Shown here: piece by piece, positions 40,627-53,340 of the stretch | Layout: each line of letters starts with the position of its first letter | Numbering within the stretch: position 1 is the stretch's first letter | NCBI GenBank assembly: GCA_951406725.2 | Contig: OX597830.1 | Location: forward strand, 16,058,001 to 16,122,000 | Reading direction: 5' to 3' | Length of the DNA: 64,000 nt | Source: Octopus vulgaris | Taxonomy: Eukaryota | Notes under the pieces: model-generated | Seen by the model: only the letters and a program-made list of their open reading frames with translations | What the model was told of the DNA's origin: nothing | The model's database searches: none | Translations under genes and position numbers: made by a program

Positions 40627-41026
40627 CTAGCAGTATCGCCCGGCGTTGCTCGGGTTTGTAAGGGAAATAACTATATAAGCATTTCTAGAGAGTTAGAACC
40701 AAAAAATAGCAAAAAAATGCATTAAAAAGGGAAAAAAAATGATGGTAAATTTTTTTTTAAATCGTTGACTCATCGTAGACATTTTTAGAGAGTTACTTCC
40801 CTTATATAATAGCGAAAAAAACGCATTAAAATGGGAAAAAAATGATGGTAAATTTTTTTTTAAATCGTAGACTCATCGTAGACGCGCGCTAATACCCAGA
40901 AGGGCTTGATATGAATCACGACTATAAGATACCCGGTTTTGGTTAAACTGCACCGCAAAATGTGGGAGTAGTTAGGAATCTAAATCGTAGGAGACAGACA
41001 CACAACCTCTCTTTTATATATAAAGA
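40627..41026 (-). mobile_element. Non-autonomous Helitron (400 bp), same 3' end as 32511 but different 5' part
   Basis: Minus strand TCTTTATATATAAAAG..cccgagcaacgccggg..CTAG, flanked A|T. Confidence 0.85.
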
Positions 41027-41214
41027 TTACTAAATGTCACGTTAGAAACGCAAGAGAGAAACTTTATATAATAAAAAAAAACTTTTAAAATGCTAAAATA
41101 TTTTCCTAGAGTCTGTAACATTTTGTTGATTGCTATAAATAATTACCGACTGTAAATACTTTGTATTTATAGATAAAACACGGGAATAAGACCCACTGTG
41201 TCTCCCTACACAGA

Positions 41215-41945
41215 TACCATCGATCTTCTGAAAGAAATATTTATCCTATTCATATTTGGCTTTACATCGCTACATTTCCATTCAGCTAGTTGAAGGTTTG
41301 TTAGATTTCTGGCAAACTTCGAAATTTCTGACAAGCAATGAGTCAGCAGTCGGTGTTTTGTGGTATATCAATAGTCAAGGGATGGACATTCAATGTACGT
41401 TACTGATCCCATTTCCTTGGAAATGGCGACGAAATGCTTCTAGTAAACAGCCTTATCGTATTATGACGGTACAACTTTATTGAAGCTAGAAAAATGATCT
41501 TTTATTAGAAATACATCATTTACAATTCTAATGGAACATAAAATGAAGCTTCTTGTTCCATTGGATAAAATCGATAACCGAGGGTCTGCAGGGATTTATT
41601 TCTTCGTAACTAGTACAGTGGAAGCTGAACACAAATCACCATTGATCTAAAGGTCAGCTTCTTTTGGCCAATATATAGATTTAGATTTAAACAGACAAAA
41701 GCATTTTCTTAATTCTAACTGACATCATTATCAAATGAAATGCCTTTCGCTTTTTGCTAAAGGAATTGTTAACCAAATTTTCTTAAATCTGAAAATTTTT
41801 AGTTTATCTTGAAGTAAAAATGAAATTAGAATACTTCATTAATTTCATTAATTTCAACGTCTAATTAAAACTCTGCTCTCTATCTCGCTGCAGAAAGAAA
41901 ATGCCGTTCTTTGCACAATACACTTTTTAACCTCTAATTCAAGAT
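41215..41945 (-). pseudogene. Possible heavily decayed PINIT plus SP-RING (PIAS/ZMIZ-like) coding relic
   Basis: Manual translation across stops and frameshifts: CQLELRKCF..IYWPKEADL*INGDLCS, about 80 aa, IECP..IDIP..C..H..WKCS.CKAKYE. Confidence 0.35.
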
Positions 41946-44392
41946 ACTAGCGCCTCCTAGTTATCAAGAGAAGAAATTCCTTTACCATATCTTGCCATTT
42001 GTTAATTAAAAGGCCTTATAGGAAACTTTCCGCTGTCTTCTCTTTCAAATCTTATTTTTAGATCTTTTCAGAACAGTGAATTGTATCTTTCATATTTGAA
42101 CTTGTGTTTTCTGCTTTCTACGTTCTATTATAAACGGTCTCTTTCTTAAAGATTCACTCGCAGTGATTTCCAAAACAAAACTAAGCAATTCCTTGGAGAA
42201 TGCTTGTATAAAGAACAAAACTCGAAAGAATCTTTTTATTCTTGGAATATTTTATGAATGTTTGTTTATAGTTATTCCATTCAATGTATGAGCTACTTCT
42301 AAATAATTTTGAGTAGAAATGTCCTTGGCAGGCTTTTCATTGGTTAATCAAAAGACTTGGTATGAATCTATGTAATTATAATTCAGTATCTACATTCGTT
42401 TCTAAAATAACAAAATAAAAACGTTCGGAGGGACTCTTCGCCATAGTTTTACATGTGATAGAAAAGTCTTATGAAGGCCGTTTGCCTCCACATATGGAAC
42501 AGAAGTTATTTACCAATGGTTAAGTCAAGCTAATTATATTTAATGCAGAGTGTAAAGAAAACCAAAAACGATCCGATAAGTTAAAGTTACATCCATAAAA
42601 AAGAAATGTCGATAGTATTAACGATAATGCTTGCCAAAAGAGGCAAGGGACACAACTCCGAAGTCTAACTGATCAACAATTGAATAGGATTATATAGTGA
42701 GAGTAGGGTTCAGTCTGATTCTGGTAATTAGGGAGACAACTTTGCACATGTTTCCGCCATATTGGGCCGCTTTAGCGAAGCAATGTCTTACTCGTAGCAA
42801 CCAGATTGAGAGGTTATATTGTATTTAATAGTAAAGAGTAAAGTTTCTTAACTTCGTTTGGCGTTAGGAGAAGAATTTCCGACTTTTCGAAGAAAGCTCC
42901 TTTTCGGGAGCGAGAAGCGATTGTACACTACTACCTTAATACGGAACATCGCTTTTGTAAATTACACTAAAGCGTTGTCGGTCATCTTTGTTCGTCAGTA
43001 TCTTTTCCATTCTTTTCAGTCTATCTTAAGAATCAATTTTTCAGCCTATCTTGTGAATCAACGTTGTTTATATTGTTAATCGATTTATCAACTGTTTTTC
43101 TTGGATTATAGAAATACTAAACGAGCCTGCCCTGTCACTTAAGAAGAACTAACTCTCAATGTTGTTTCGGTTTAAAAAAATTGCTATGATTTCATGTTGT
43201 CCCGTCTTTATATCTGTCCCATGTCCAAGCATATCCAAACTTTAGGCTTTTAATAACCTGACTGTAGTATTTTATTCACTACTCACCGACCTTCAAGTAA
43301 ATTAGAGGATATTTTGCTGCATTTACGATAATTATACACGATATTTATAATTATATAAGTTCACAAATCTCTAAATTGAAATCTTTGGTCGTCAGTTATA
43401 ACAGAGTATCGTGATTCACCAGCGTTATCCAAGCAGCGCAACATAAAAACTGTCTCATACATCGAAATATTTGCTACTTTAATTACCGCGTACATGCAAA
43501 AGGCTTGCAATGCCATAACGACATTAACATAACAATGACATCGCGGACTGAGTAGATAGCATGCAAATTTTGTTGTATTTATTAGCAATAGATTCCAGTT
43601 AATTTTATTAAAAACAGAGTAATTAAGTAATCCAAACAATACATGATATTCAAAGTGTTGTAGAAATATAGTGTATAATGTATCAATGCACATTAATAAT
43701 TATGTGATAATCAATATCAAAAGCCGATGATAATATAAGTTAGTTAACACAACACATTTCTGAACCATGACTTGTGCCGTGATAACAATATGAGGAGAAA
43801 GAGCTAACCTAGTCGTTTCTTTCTCTTCTCATTGATTCTCGTCGATTGTGAGCTTTGTCGGTCATCAAAGTTGAGAAATAGAATTTACAGATATGGGGGG
43901 ACTGTAAATTACTTTCAAAGATTCAATGAAGTATAATGAATTTTGCAGTAAACACTGTGCTGAATCTTGGCTATAATTGCTCTCATGTAGTAAAATTATC
44001 CCAAACCGTTAGCGTTTGCTAAATTCACAACGATTAGAGGTGAGAGTCGAAAGAGAGATAATGGACGTTCGTTGTGGCCCTGTGTTCTTTGAGGCTTCCA
44101 CAACATTTCACTTCCCTTCAATTATTTTATTGTTTCTTCTGTGTAAACAATCGAAATAGTCTTTGTGTGTTACAACAGAATAGCTCTAACCAGTTGTTGC
44201 TGCTGCTGGTCATGGTGCTGTTGCTCTCTGTAGTTGTTGCAGTTGTTGTTGCTGTTGTTGTTGCTGCTGTTATTGCTTCTGCTGCTGTTGTAATCGTTTA
44301 ATCTCAGATCATCCCTGACCGACGAGCCAAAGGAATTTTAAGTGATCATTTCATATTTTAGTGTTGCCATGGCCTATACTATGTGTGGTGTG

Positions 44393-44811
44393 GGATCTTT
44401 TCGGTTTGAACGGCAGTTATTTAAAATAATTTCCACGTAACTAAACACTTTTAAACTTCGTATACTGGTAGAATATGTTTATAAAACATCTTTTTCTCTT
44501 GGCTTTATTCAGAAAATTTTATAGGTTGTAAGATATTTGTTGTTTTTTTTCTTCTTCAATTTCTGCAATTTCAACCAATCAATGACGTCTATTGAGGTGA
44601 AAACATTCTGTGCCGTATGAATATGTCCCTCGTTTAAGAAACAGATTGAGTTTATTTACATTTGTGAAGAAAAAAAGATACACTTCCCCCCACCCCTAAC
44701 CCAACCCTAAAACAGATTGAAATGCAATAGATCGATAATAGGGTCATAATTATGGGTGACAATTTTATATGACACCGCTAGAAAAAACTGCCGTTCAAAC
44801 CGAAAAGATCC
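44393..44811. mobile_element. MITE (about 419 bp) with 26-bp perfect TIRs
   Basis: GGATCTTTTCGGTTTGAACGGCAGTT / AACTGCCGTTCAAACCGAAAAGATCC; flanks gtggtgtg / gtggtgta suggest a 7-8 bp TSD. Confidence 0.85.
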
Positions 44812-45479
44812 GTGGTGTATCCGTTTTCAAAAAGATATGGTTTGGATTTAATCAGATTTTCTTACCATTTTAAGCATGTCGACCTACGGCGTGGAAGTTG
44901 CCTTTGGCTTCTGGTTTTATAGCCCAGAATAACACTGTTCAAGATATATTCCTCAAACCAAAAGTGTTGCATTTTGTTGATCATACCTTTCCGTCAGAAT
45001 AAGCGGTGAATGAAAAAACCGTATGTGATCCAAGCATGACTATTCCATCTTAGTTTCAAGCACCGTAACTTGAACTATATTACCCGAAGTATCCTGCCTT
45101 TCCTAAAGCGGTAGGATATGATTTAAGGGAACTTTAGACGGCGTTCTTAGCACATCAAGCGACAACATAAAGATTCCATCGCACATTCGTCAATCATGTT
45201 TATACACACATACATACGTAGTCTAGTTTTCACGTTTTTTATTATGGTATTTTAGCATTAAAAATATTTTGTACTGCTCTTAAAGTTAAACTAAAGCATT
45301 CTCACTTGACAGCCAATGTTAGAAGAAGGCAACATAAAAGCATTTGAGCTGGTGGGGCACTTTCTTGGATCGGGAAAGACCACAACGACGATGAAGACGA
45401 TAGGCCTGTACACAACACACACATTCATACACACATACACATGAATATATGTATATGTATGTATGTGTGTATATACACT

Positions 45480-45543
<64 letters not shown>

Positions 45544-45709
45544 CATATATCCGGATATTGGAGTGGTGTGAGTTCGATCCTCATGGCTGGCTGCCGGCAA
45601 ATATTTCTGCTTTTAAAAAGATTTTCTCCTTTGTATATATACTGTTCAGTATTTACGCGTTGAATAAAATTTATCTTTCTACTTATATATATATATATAT
45701 ATATATATT

Positions 45710-46044
45710 GGAGACCCCCTTCCATCACGAATGACCATGGGATTGAACCTAGAAAGTTAACCCCTAAGGCACAAGTCCGGACAAGGTTGTTTATGGAAGG
45801 CCAGAAGTCGCCCATGCATACCACCCTCCCCTCTCTATACCACTAATGTTATCCAAGGGAAAGGCAGCAGCCGATACAGCTTGGCACTAGTGACGTCGCC
45901 ACTCATTTCTACAGCTGAGTGAACTGGAGCAACGTGAAATAAAGTGTCTTGCCCAAGAACACAACACGCAGCCTGGTCCAGGAATCGAACTCACAACTTC
46001 ACGGTCGTAAGTTCGACGCTCTAACCACTGAGTCATGCGCCTCC
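45710..46044 (-). mobile_element. tRNA-derived SINE, head D-like plus tail Z
   Basis: Head and CORE-like part match 13563-13881 up to ..GAAATGAGT, then an unrelated tail (GTGCCAAGCTGTATCGGC..CCCATGGTCATTCGTGA). Confidence 0.8.
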
Positions 46045-46049
46045 ATATA

Positions 46050-46111
<62 letters not shown>

Positions 46112-46468
46112 TTGAATAAAGTTAAAACATGGTCTGGTTTTCACTTTTCTATTATGATATTTTAACATTAAAAAATATTTTGTAATGCTCATAAAGTTAA
46201 ATTAGCGCTTTCATACTTAGAGTAATCATCAGATTTCAAATGCGTTTAACTGACAGTTAGTTAAGTTCTTGACAGTTTTAGTACCTCTTGGAACGTTCCA
46301 GCAAGCTGGATTTTTAGAATACGGTTATAACCAATCCACATACATCTCTAACATCACGGTTTGCCAGGCATACCAATTTTCTGTAATTTGTATATATTTA
46401 TAAACTAGAGGTATTTCAAATCGACATCATTAATTGCTTGTTATGTTATTGCTGTTATTCCCGTTTAA

Positions 46469-46850
46469 GGAGGCGCAATGGCCCAGTGGTTAGGGCAGCG
46501 GACTCGCGGTCGTAGGATCGCGGTTTCGATTCCCAGACCGGGCGTTGTGAGTGTTTATTGAGCGAAAACACCTAAAAGCTCCACGAGGCTCCGGCAGGGG
46601 ATGGTGGTGATCCCTGCTGTACTCTTTCACCACAACTTTCTCTCACTCTTACTTCCTGTTTCTGTTGTACCTGTATTTCAAAGGGCCGGCCTTGTCACTC
46701 TCTGTGTCACGCTGAATATCCCCGAGAACTACGTTAAGGGTACACGTGTCTGTGGAGTGCTCAGCCACTTACACGTTAATTTCACGAGCAGGCTGTTCCG
46801 TTGATCGGATCAACCGGAACCCTCGTCGTCGTAACCGACGGAGTGCTTCC
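46469..46850 (+). mobile_element. tRNA-derived SINE, head C plus tail X
   Basis: GGAGGCGCAATGGCCCAGTGGTTAGG..GGTTTCGATTCCC; 3' about 185 bp shared with 13563 and 36985. Confidence 0.9.
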
Positions 46851-46851
46851 A

Positions 46852-47510
46852 TCATCCATTCCCGTTTAGAACAGGTTTGATCATTTTAATAAACCGTTTT
46901 TCTTTTATCTTTCTTCCAACCTCACTAGTGTCATGCAGTTTGTAGAAAGGAAAATTAGAAATGTTTTCTGACCACATATCTCTATATGGTCGCTCAATGG
47001 AATTTGGCGAACATTGGTGTTCCAGATTTGTTGTTTGTTGACTTGTAAGCGTCCCGGTAATGCATTCCCTGCCTCGCCTATATATAATTCCTCGCAATTC
47101 GGGTATTTAATGCAGCAGATCAAATTTCTGCTTTTACAGTTCAAATCTGCATTTGCGAAATTTCTGTTCATTTTTGTTACATTGGATCTACCAGTATGCA
47201 TGTATTGACACGTTCCACATCTGTTCTCAATACACTTGGATACTGGGAATATTTTATCCTGTTTGTTCATGTTGAATTTTGCCTTTGTTTCTTTAGGTTA
47301 TGTGGTTGCCTTTTGCTTAAGATAGGTGTTTGATTAGTTACGTTTTTTTTTTTTTATTTTTCACTTTGTTTTATGATTAGTGAATTTGTTTTGATGATGT
47401 TAAAAATGCTTTGGTGATGTGGATTGTATGTTACTAGAAATGGTATTGTGTTCCTTTGATGGGTTCGTCTTTTTCGTGTTGCCCTAAGTTATTCTATAGG
47501 TATCTCTTTT
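46852..47510 (-). mobile_element. Decayed Neptune-like Penelope remnant (Cys linker and GIY-YIG)
   Basis: ORF 46905-47270 KCIENRCGTCQY..LNCKSRNLICCIKYPNCEELYIGE; ORF 46852-47097 ends KIKEKRFIKMIKPVLN. Confidence 0.8.
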
Positions 47511-47676
47511 TAAAAAACATAACCAACAAGTAGCTTGCTTACCAACCACATGGTCCCGGGTTCAGTCCCACTGCGTGGCACCTTGGAAAAATGTCTTCTA
47601 CTATAGCCACGGGCCGACCAAAGCCTTGTGAGTGGATTTGGTAGACGGAAACTGAAAGAAGCCCGTCGTATATATG

Positions 47677-47724
<48 letters not shown>

Positions 47725-47725
<1 letters not shown>

Positions 47726-48446
47726 AAAAATAAGTTGGCTAGCAGCGAGCTGTTTTGCCTCATACCGAAGGAATTAGAAATGGCAGTCAAAGACCGTTTT
47801 TTCCATTTCTATAAGTGGAGATTCCAAAAACGAAGGCCCTTGCGGCTCACATACACAAAACCGGAGTGGCAAATATACGAATTCAGTCACTTACCGTTAA
47901 TAGCGAACACGGTGTTTCTGGATCACAAACATATAAAAAATAGGGGAGTTTGAATTCCTTCTTCAGCGCTATATTCGTTAGCTTTATCAAATGCCACCAG
48001 CCCTCACTTCTGACCCAGCGACATCAGATAGTGGGGGAAGTGCGCAGATGCTAAAACCAAGTAACGACTGGGAACGTAAATTTTCCCTCCAAAATTCTGC
48101 CATGCGCGCCTTCTGGGTAATCGTAATGGAATGAGGAATCCACATGGTAATACAATAAAAATGGTAAATAATTTTCCTGTGGTTTTTCATGTAACCAACA
48201 ATTATTTACCGGTAAATTTCGGTATGTAAATACGACAAAATAATTGTCAAGACCTTTGTAAGGTTCAGTATATAGTAAAGAAAAATAAGTTGGCTAGCAG
48301 CGAGCTGTTTTGCCTCATACCGAAGGAATTAGAAATGGCAGTCAAAGACCGTTTTTTCCATTTCTATAAGTGGAGATTCCAAAAACGAAGGCCCTTGCGG
48401 CTCACATACACAAAACCGGAGTGGCAAATATACGAATTCAGTCACT

Positions 48447-48448
<2 letters not shown>
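47725..48448 (-). mobile_element. Retrozyme-like non-coding element: 169-bp direct repeats, 555-bp period, internal hammerhead
   Basis: 47725-47893 equals 48280-48448; hammerhead at 47900-47972. Confidence 0.75.
47900..47972 (-). ncRNA. Type I hammerhead ribozyme motif
   Basis: atagcg-CTGAAGA-a-gga..caaac..gtttg..tcc-a-GAAA-CACCGTG-TT^cgctat; perfect 6-bp helix I. Confidence 0.75.
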
Positions 48449-48534
<86 letters not shown>

Positions 48535-49211
48535 TGTGTCTGCGTTTGTCCTCCCAACATCGCTTGACAACCGATGCTGGTGTGTTTACGTCCCCGTAAT
48601 TTAGCGGTTCGGCAAAAAGACCGATAGAATAAGTACTAGGCTTCCAAAGAATAAGTCTTGGGGGTCGATTCGCTCGACTAAAGGCGGTGCTCCAGCATGG
48701 CTGCAACAGTCAAATGACTGAAACAAGTAAAAGAGTAAAAGAGTAATCACATACTTGTCTTAAGCAAAAGACATGGTAATTTCAATGTTTTGTTGGATGG
48801 ACTGTGGAGGAGGTTTGTACAAGTTGTGAGCCCTGTTGATGTAATTGTGAGGTTGTAATCTTTATATTCTGTGACAATCGGACACAACATTGTCATCCGT
48901 ATACTGCATTTCTGAAATGGTGTTTGTCGATGTTTTATACTTCATCTAGAATCAGTTTTGATTGAAGACACCTTCATCAAACCTGTCTTTATTCTAAATG
49001 AGAAGGAAAATACTCCAAGGCGGTGCCCCAGCATGGCCGCAGTCAAATGATTGAAATAAAAAAATAACAGATTATATATATGCGTATACCTATGCGCAAA
49101 TAGTGTTATATTCGATAGGTAAGCAGTTGGTGAATCACTATTACTCAGAGCTTTAACTCATACTCGTGAACACCTTAGTAATAAATCGGTGAATCACAAA
49201 CTATTTAATTA

Positions 49212-49913
49212 CTAGCAGTATAACCCGGCCTTGCCCGGGATTAAGTTACAATTATTAAGCTAATCAAGTTCTTTATTTCAAACCAAACTAAGTAATATCA
49301 ACATCAAATTTGGGCGAAATCCGTTGAAATTGGTTATATTATATATATATATTATATATATTATATATATATTATCTTTCTTTTATCTTTTTATCTTTTA
49401 TCTTTTACTTGTTTCAGTCATTTGACTGCGGCCATGCTGGAGCACCGCCTTTAGTCGAGCAAATCGACCCCGGGACTTATTCTTTGTAAGCCCAGTACTT
49501 ATTCTATCGGTCTCTTTTGCCGAACCGCTAAGTATATAATATATATATATATTATATACATATAATATAATATAAATATATATGGTCAACAGACACGAAC
49601 ACACATACACACACGTACGTACACCTATTGCATGTTTTGTGCACGCATACATGTTCATAAACAGAAATGAATGGAAAAAATGTTGTTAAATTTGTAGATT
49701 AACACTCGCACGATTTTCACTAAGAAAAAAAATCAGTTTTTTTTTTTTTGCTTGGAATCAACTTCTCTGGCATCCTAATATGCTACAAAAGCCCTTTTGT
49801 GGTCCGTGAAACGGAGTGGGGTGTGGTGAACTGGGATTTGAATATACGCCATAAAGCTAAACCGTTTATGGACGGGAAACCGAAGGTTATCCCATGAACC
49901 GACCTTCCCCATT

Positions 49914-49978
<65 letters not shown>
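49212..49978 (-). mobile_element. Non-autonomous Helitron carrying a nested partial SINE B (49373-49533)
   Basis: Minus strand TCTATTTATATA.. to cccgggc-aag-gccggg..CTAG, flanked A|T. Confidence 0.65.
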
Positions 49979-49979
<1 letters not shown>

Positions 49980-50210
49980 GAGTGTATTTTTACCTTGTTA
50001 ACAATTAACACGGAAAAATAAATAAATAGTTACCAGGGCAGCAAAAATCTCACAAGTAAAGATGTTGTAACTCCTTGTTTATAAAGGTTGAAACTTCGTG
50101 TTTACGTTGAATATTTTGAATAATATGAATAAAAAATGGAGTTCTCTCTATCGCTATACAAATCCATCATTTTTTGCTAAAATGTCGTATTGACGAGTTT
50201 CGTTTTTTTC

Positions 50211-50296
50211 ACTTTCCCGAAGAGAAGATTGCATTGTTTATACCATTTATTCTTTTGAATAGTATCAGTGGAATTTTCGAAACATGTGTCGAAAGT
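50211..50296 (+). ncRNA. Type I hammerhead-like motif, U4C core variant, long helix II
   Basis: actttc-CCGAAGA-gaagatt..cattg..atac..attc-tttt-gaat..gtat-cagtg..aattttc-GAAA-CATGTG-TC^gaaagt; bracketed by a 21-bp inverted repeat (50124-50144 / 50322-50342). Confidence 0.75.
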
Positions 50297-50335
50297 AAAA
50301 ATACTTGTTTAAACCTGCGTTAACTCCATTTTTTA

Positions 50336-50415
<80 letters not shown>

Positions 50416-52258
50416 TAAATTAGAGATAAAACCACTATTAGGCAAATCAAACAGTGAAAAAACATAAGCCAATACATAAAATTAATTTAAAATATAAAAG
50501 TTAAAAATAAAAAAATTATTTAAATAATTTAAACTTATAAAATTTTATATATATATATACAAATATATATATATATATGTATGTATATTTTATATTTATA
50601 TATTATTTTATTTATTAATTAATTAATTTATTTATCTATTTATTATTTTTTTTATATATCAAAAGTATTAAAAGATAAAGATATATAGATATATCACTTC
50701 ACAAGGCTTTGGTTTGACCTGTGGCAATAGTAGAAGATGCTCGTCCAAGGTGCCACGCAGTGGTACTGAACCCAAAGACGCATGATTGGGAAACAACCTT
50801 TGTAGCCACACAGCCACGCATGCCCCAATAAATGTCTCTGTATTTGTTATCCGTATACATCTGTATTACGAATGTAATATGTACCTATGAATATAAGTGC
50901 ATACATTTCAGTGTGAATGTGTGTGTGTGTATGCGTATGTGTACATATGTGTGTGGTGTGTGTGTGTGTGTGTGTGTGTGTTCTTTTAGCATTTTACCGG
51001 TTTTTGTCATTGTGTTGTGGTCGTACTGAATCTCCGTTTTCAATGGTTATTTGTCGATCGTATCGAAACCCATTACTTACACCAGTCAAGTACATATTTT
51101 ATCGATCTATCTTTTATCGAACGAAATAGCTGTGTGTGTATGTGTGCGGGTGTGCGTGCGTGCGTGCGCGTGTATGTGTGGGTCATGTGAATGTCTGCGT
51201 GTGTAAAAAGCCTCTTCATCAACATGAAATGACAAAACATTAAACATAAAACGTACTTCAGCCACCAGCCGATGTGAAATATGAATTTAGATATATATAT
51301 ATATATATGCGAAAAATGTAAACTTCGTAAGGCAGAACTGTTACATCGGGTGTACAAGTGGGCCACTTGACCATGTATGTGTGTACAACAAGGAGCTATC
51401 GCAACTAATTACAATATTGTGCATAAAATAAAACCAGGTAGAAAATCATTAGTTTGACTGCATTATAATTTCACACAGTATTCTACAAAACCCAGAATTT
51501 CAATGGAAGATTTACTAACAGCAAAATATAGACCAAAGGTAACGTAAAAATGCACCACAAGTAAAATATGTCATGAAATCTACCAGGACTTAAGCGCTGA
51601 ATGTTTTTAAAAGTCGGCGCTGAAGATCTTATTAGTTAACATAATATTCCCATGATACTTTGTGTCGTACTGCAAAGCGCACGGAGCGTACGGCTATTAC
51701 TGCGTTCATTGCATCCCGATGATGTGGCTGAGAAAGTCTCGAAATGTTAACTGAATAACAGATTTAAGAACATTGTTCGCTTTAAACCGGTCTTAAGGCA
51801 CTAATAAAGATATAGTGAAGAATCGCTAATAAAACTATATATATATAGTATATGGGTTATTACTATTCGACAGAAAGTACTGCTGTTATCGCCTCTACAT
51901 TTTTATCAGTTGTATCACACACTCATACACACACACACTCTCTCTCCTTCTCTTTCCTTCTCCCTCTCCCTCTCTTTGTTTTTTCCTCTCTCTTTCTTTC
52001 TTTCTCTCTTTTTCTCTCCCTTAGAACAAGATAAAGCTGATAGAGCTTAATTCGAAAGAGTGTTTTTGTCTATGTAATATAGTGAGTTGAAAAACTTCGA
52101 TGAAATGAAATTATCGATGCAGATAGTATACAAAACTCCCTCTGGGTGTGTTTAAGTTCTAAAAGCAACAATTCAAAAGTGATAATCCAACATGATCACA
52201 CATATACATATATCCTTGTAAACAGACAGAGAGGTGCAGACACACACACACACAATTG

Positions 52259-52304
<46 letters not shown>

Positions 52305-52609
52305 TGTATGTATGTATGTATGTATGTATGTATGTGTGTGTATGTATGTCATTATTCAATTTATTTCAAAATCTCTTGCTAATAGAGAAAGAACTGGTTT
52401 CTAACCTAGATCTAAGGCTCCTTCAATGGAATTTCAACATGTATGTATGTATGTATGTATGTATGTATGTATGTATGTATGTATGTATGTATGTACGTGT
52501 GTATGTATGTATGTATGTATGTATGTATGCATGTATGTATGTGCAGATTTGTATGTTTTATTATGTATTCTCATGCATATAGTTACATATCTTGACATGC
52601 TCATATATA

Positions 52610-53340
52610 TTTAAATGATAAACTTCTGGAAAGTTTTACAGATTTTTACAGTTCCAGTGAGGGATTGGATTAGCTTTCTCTTTTCTAGTTTTGAGAAGCC
52701 TAATTTCTCAAGACTGGTATTTAGGCAGTGTGTTACATATCCCAGGGCCCCCAATAATTACAGGTATAAACCTGAACTTATAATCTAAATAGAGTGACTG
52801 CAGATTTCTCAATAGTTCAGCATAGGTGTTCTCTTTTTCACTGATCTTCAGCTTTATGTTAACATCCGCAGGACAGCTAATTTCCACAACTGCGCACAAT
52901 TTCTCTTTTCTATCCCAAACCATTATCGTAATGACATTTTCGGACAACTGCTTACGATGTGGGTGATATCTTTAGTGTGAACACCACAAAGTCTACATCG
53001 GTTGTCATATTTTACGGTTTTTCCTGCATCTCACAGAGCTTTCTACTAACATATCCATGCATAGTCTTCTGCTCAAATAGGCATATCGTTTCATCTGATG
53101 ATACGTTGCAACTTCTTTGGGCATGTATTCTAGGTTATCAAAGAGTGTTGCTCAAGGATCTGCCTTCCAACTCTTATGGTGTTATCAGCCTCATGTATGC
53201 AAATTTGGTCAAGGGATGCACTTCATCACTTGGTGGTTAAAAGATGTTGCCGAAGGGATGTGATGCGACATTCAATGGCATTTTGGATCGATGTTAAGCC
53301 TCTGCTGCCTTGTTTTCGTTTTAGGTAGAAGCGTTTTAGT
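52610..53340 (-). mobile_element. R4/Dong-like (restriction-like endonuclease) non-LTR retrotransposon 3' remnant
   Basis: ORF 52708-52947 VWDRKEKLCAVVEISCPADVN..EKENTY..IPVIIG; upstream LYLKRKQGSRGL resembles the RLY..R..GGRGL motif. Confidence 0.75.

Larger units (their letters stand above)
47528..48745 (+). mobile_element. SINE family B split at its internal (TA)n by an insertion of about 725 bp
   Basis: 5' half 47528-47720, 3' half 48449-48745. Confidence 0.9.

Noticed and set aside
44690-44712. Telomeric repeat (ccctaa)
   Set aside because: Only two or three degenerate units, internal to a MITE.
46469-46545. tRNA genes at SINE heads (also 13810-13881, 45970-46044)
   Set aside because: A and B boxes continue into SINE bodies with no proper acceptor stem or terminator.
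47735-48604. Two ORFs with identical N-termini (MASSELFCLIPK..) as a duplicated gene
   Set aside because: They start at TTG and arise from the 169-bp direct repeats of the non-coding element; no recognisable protein.
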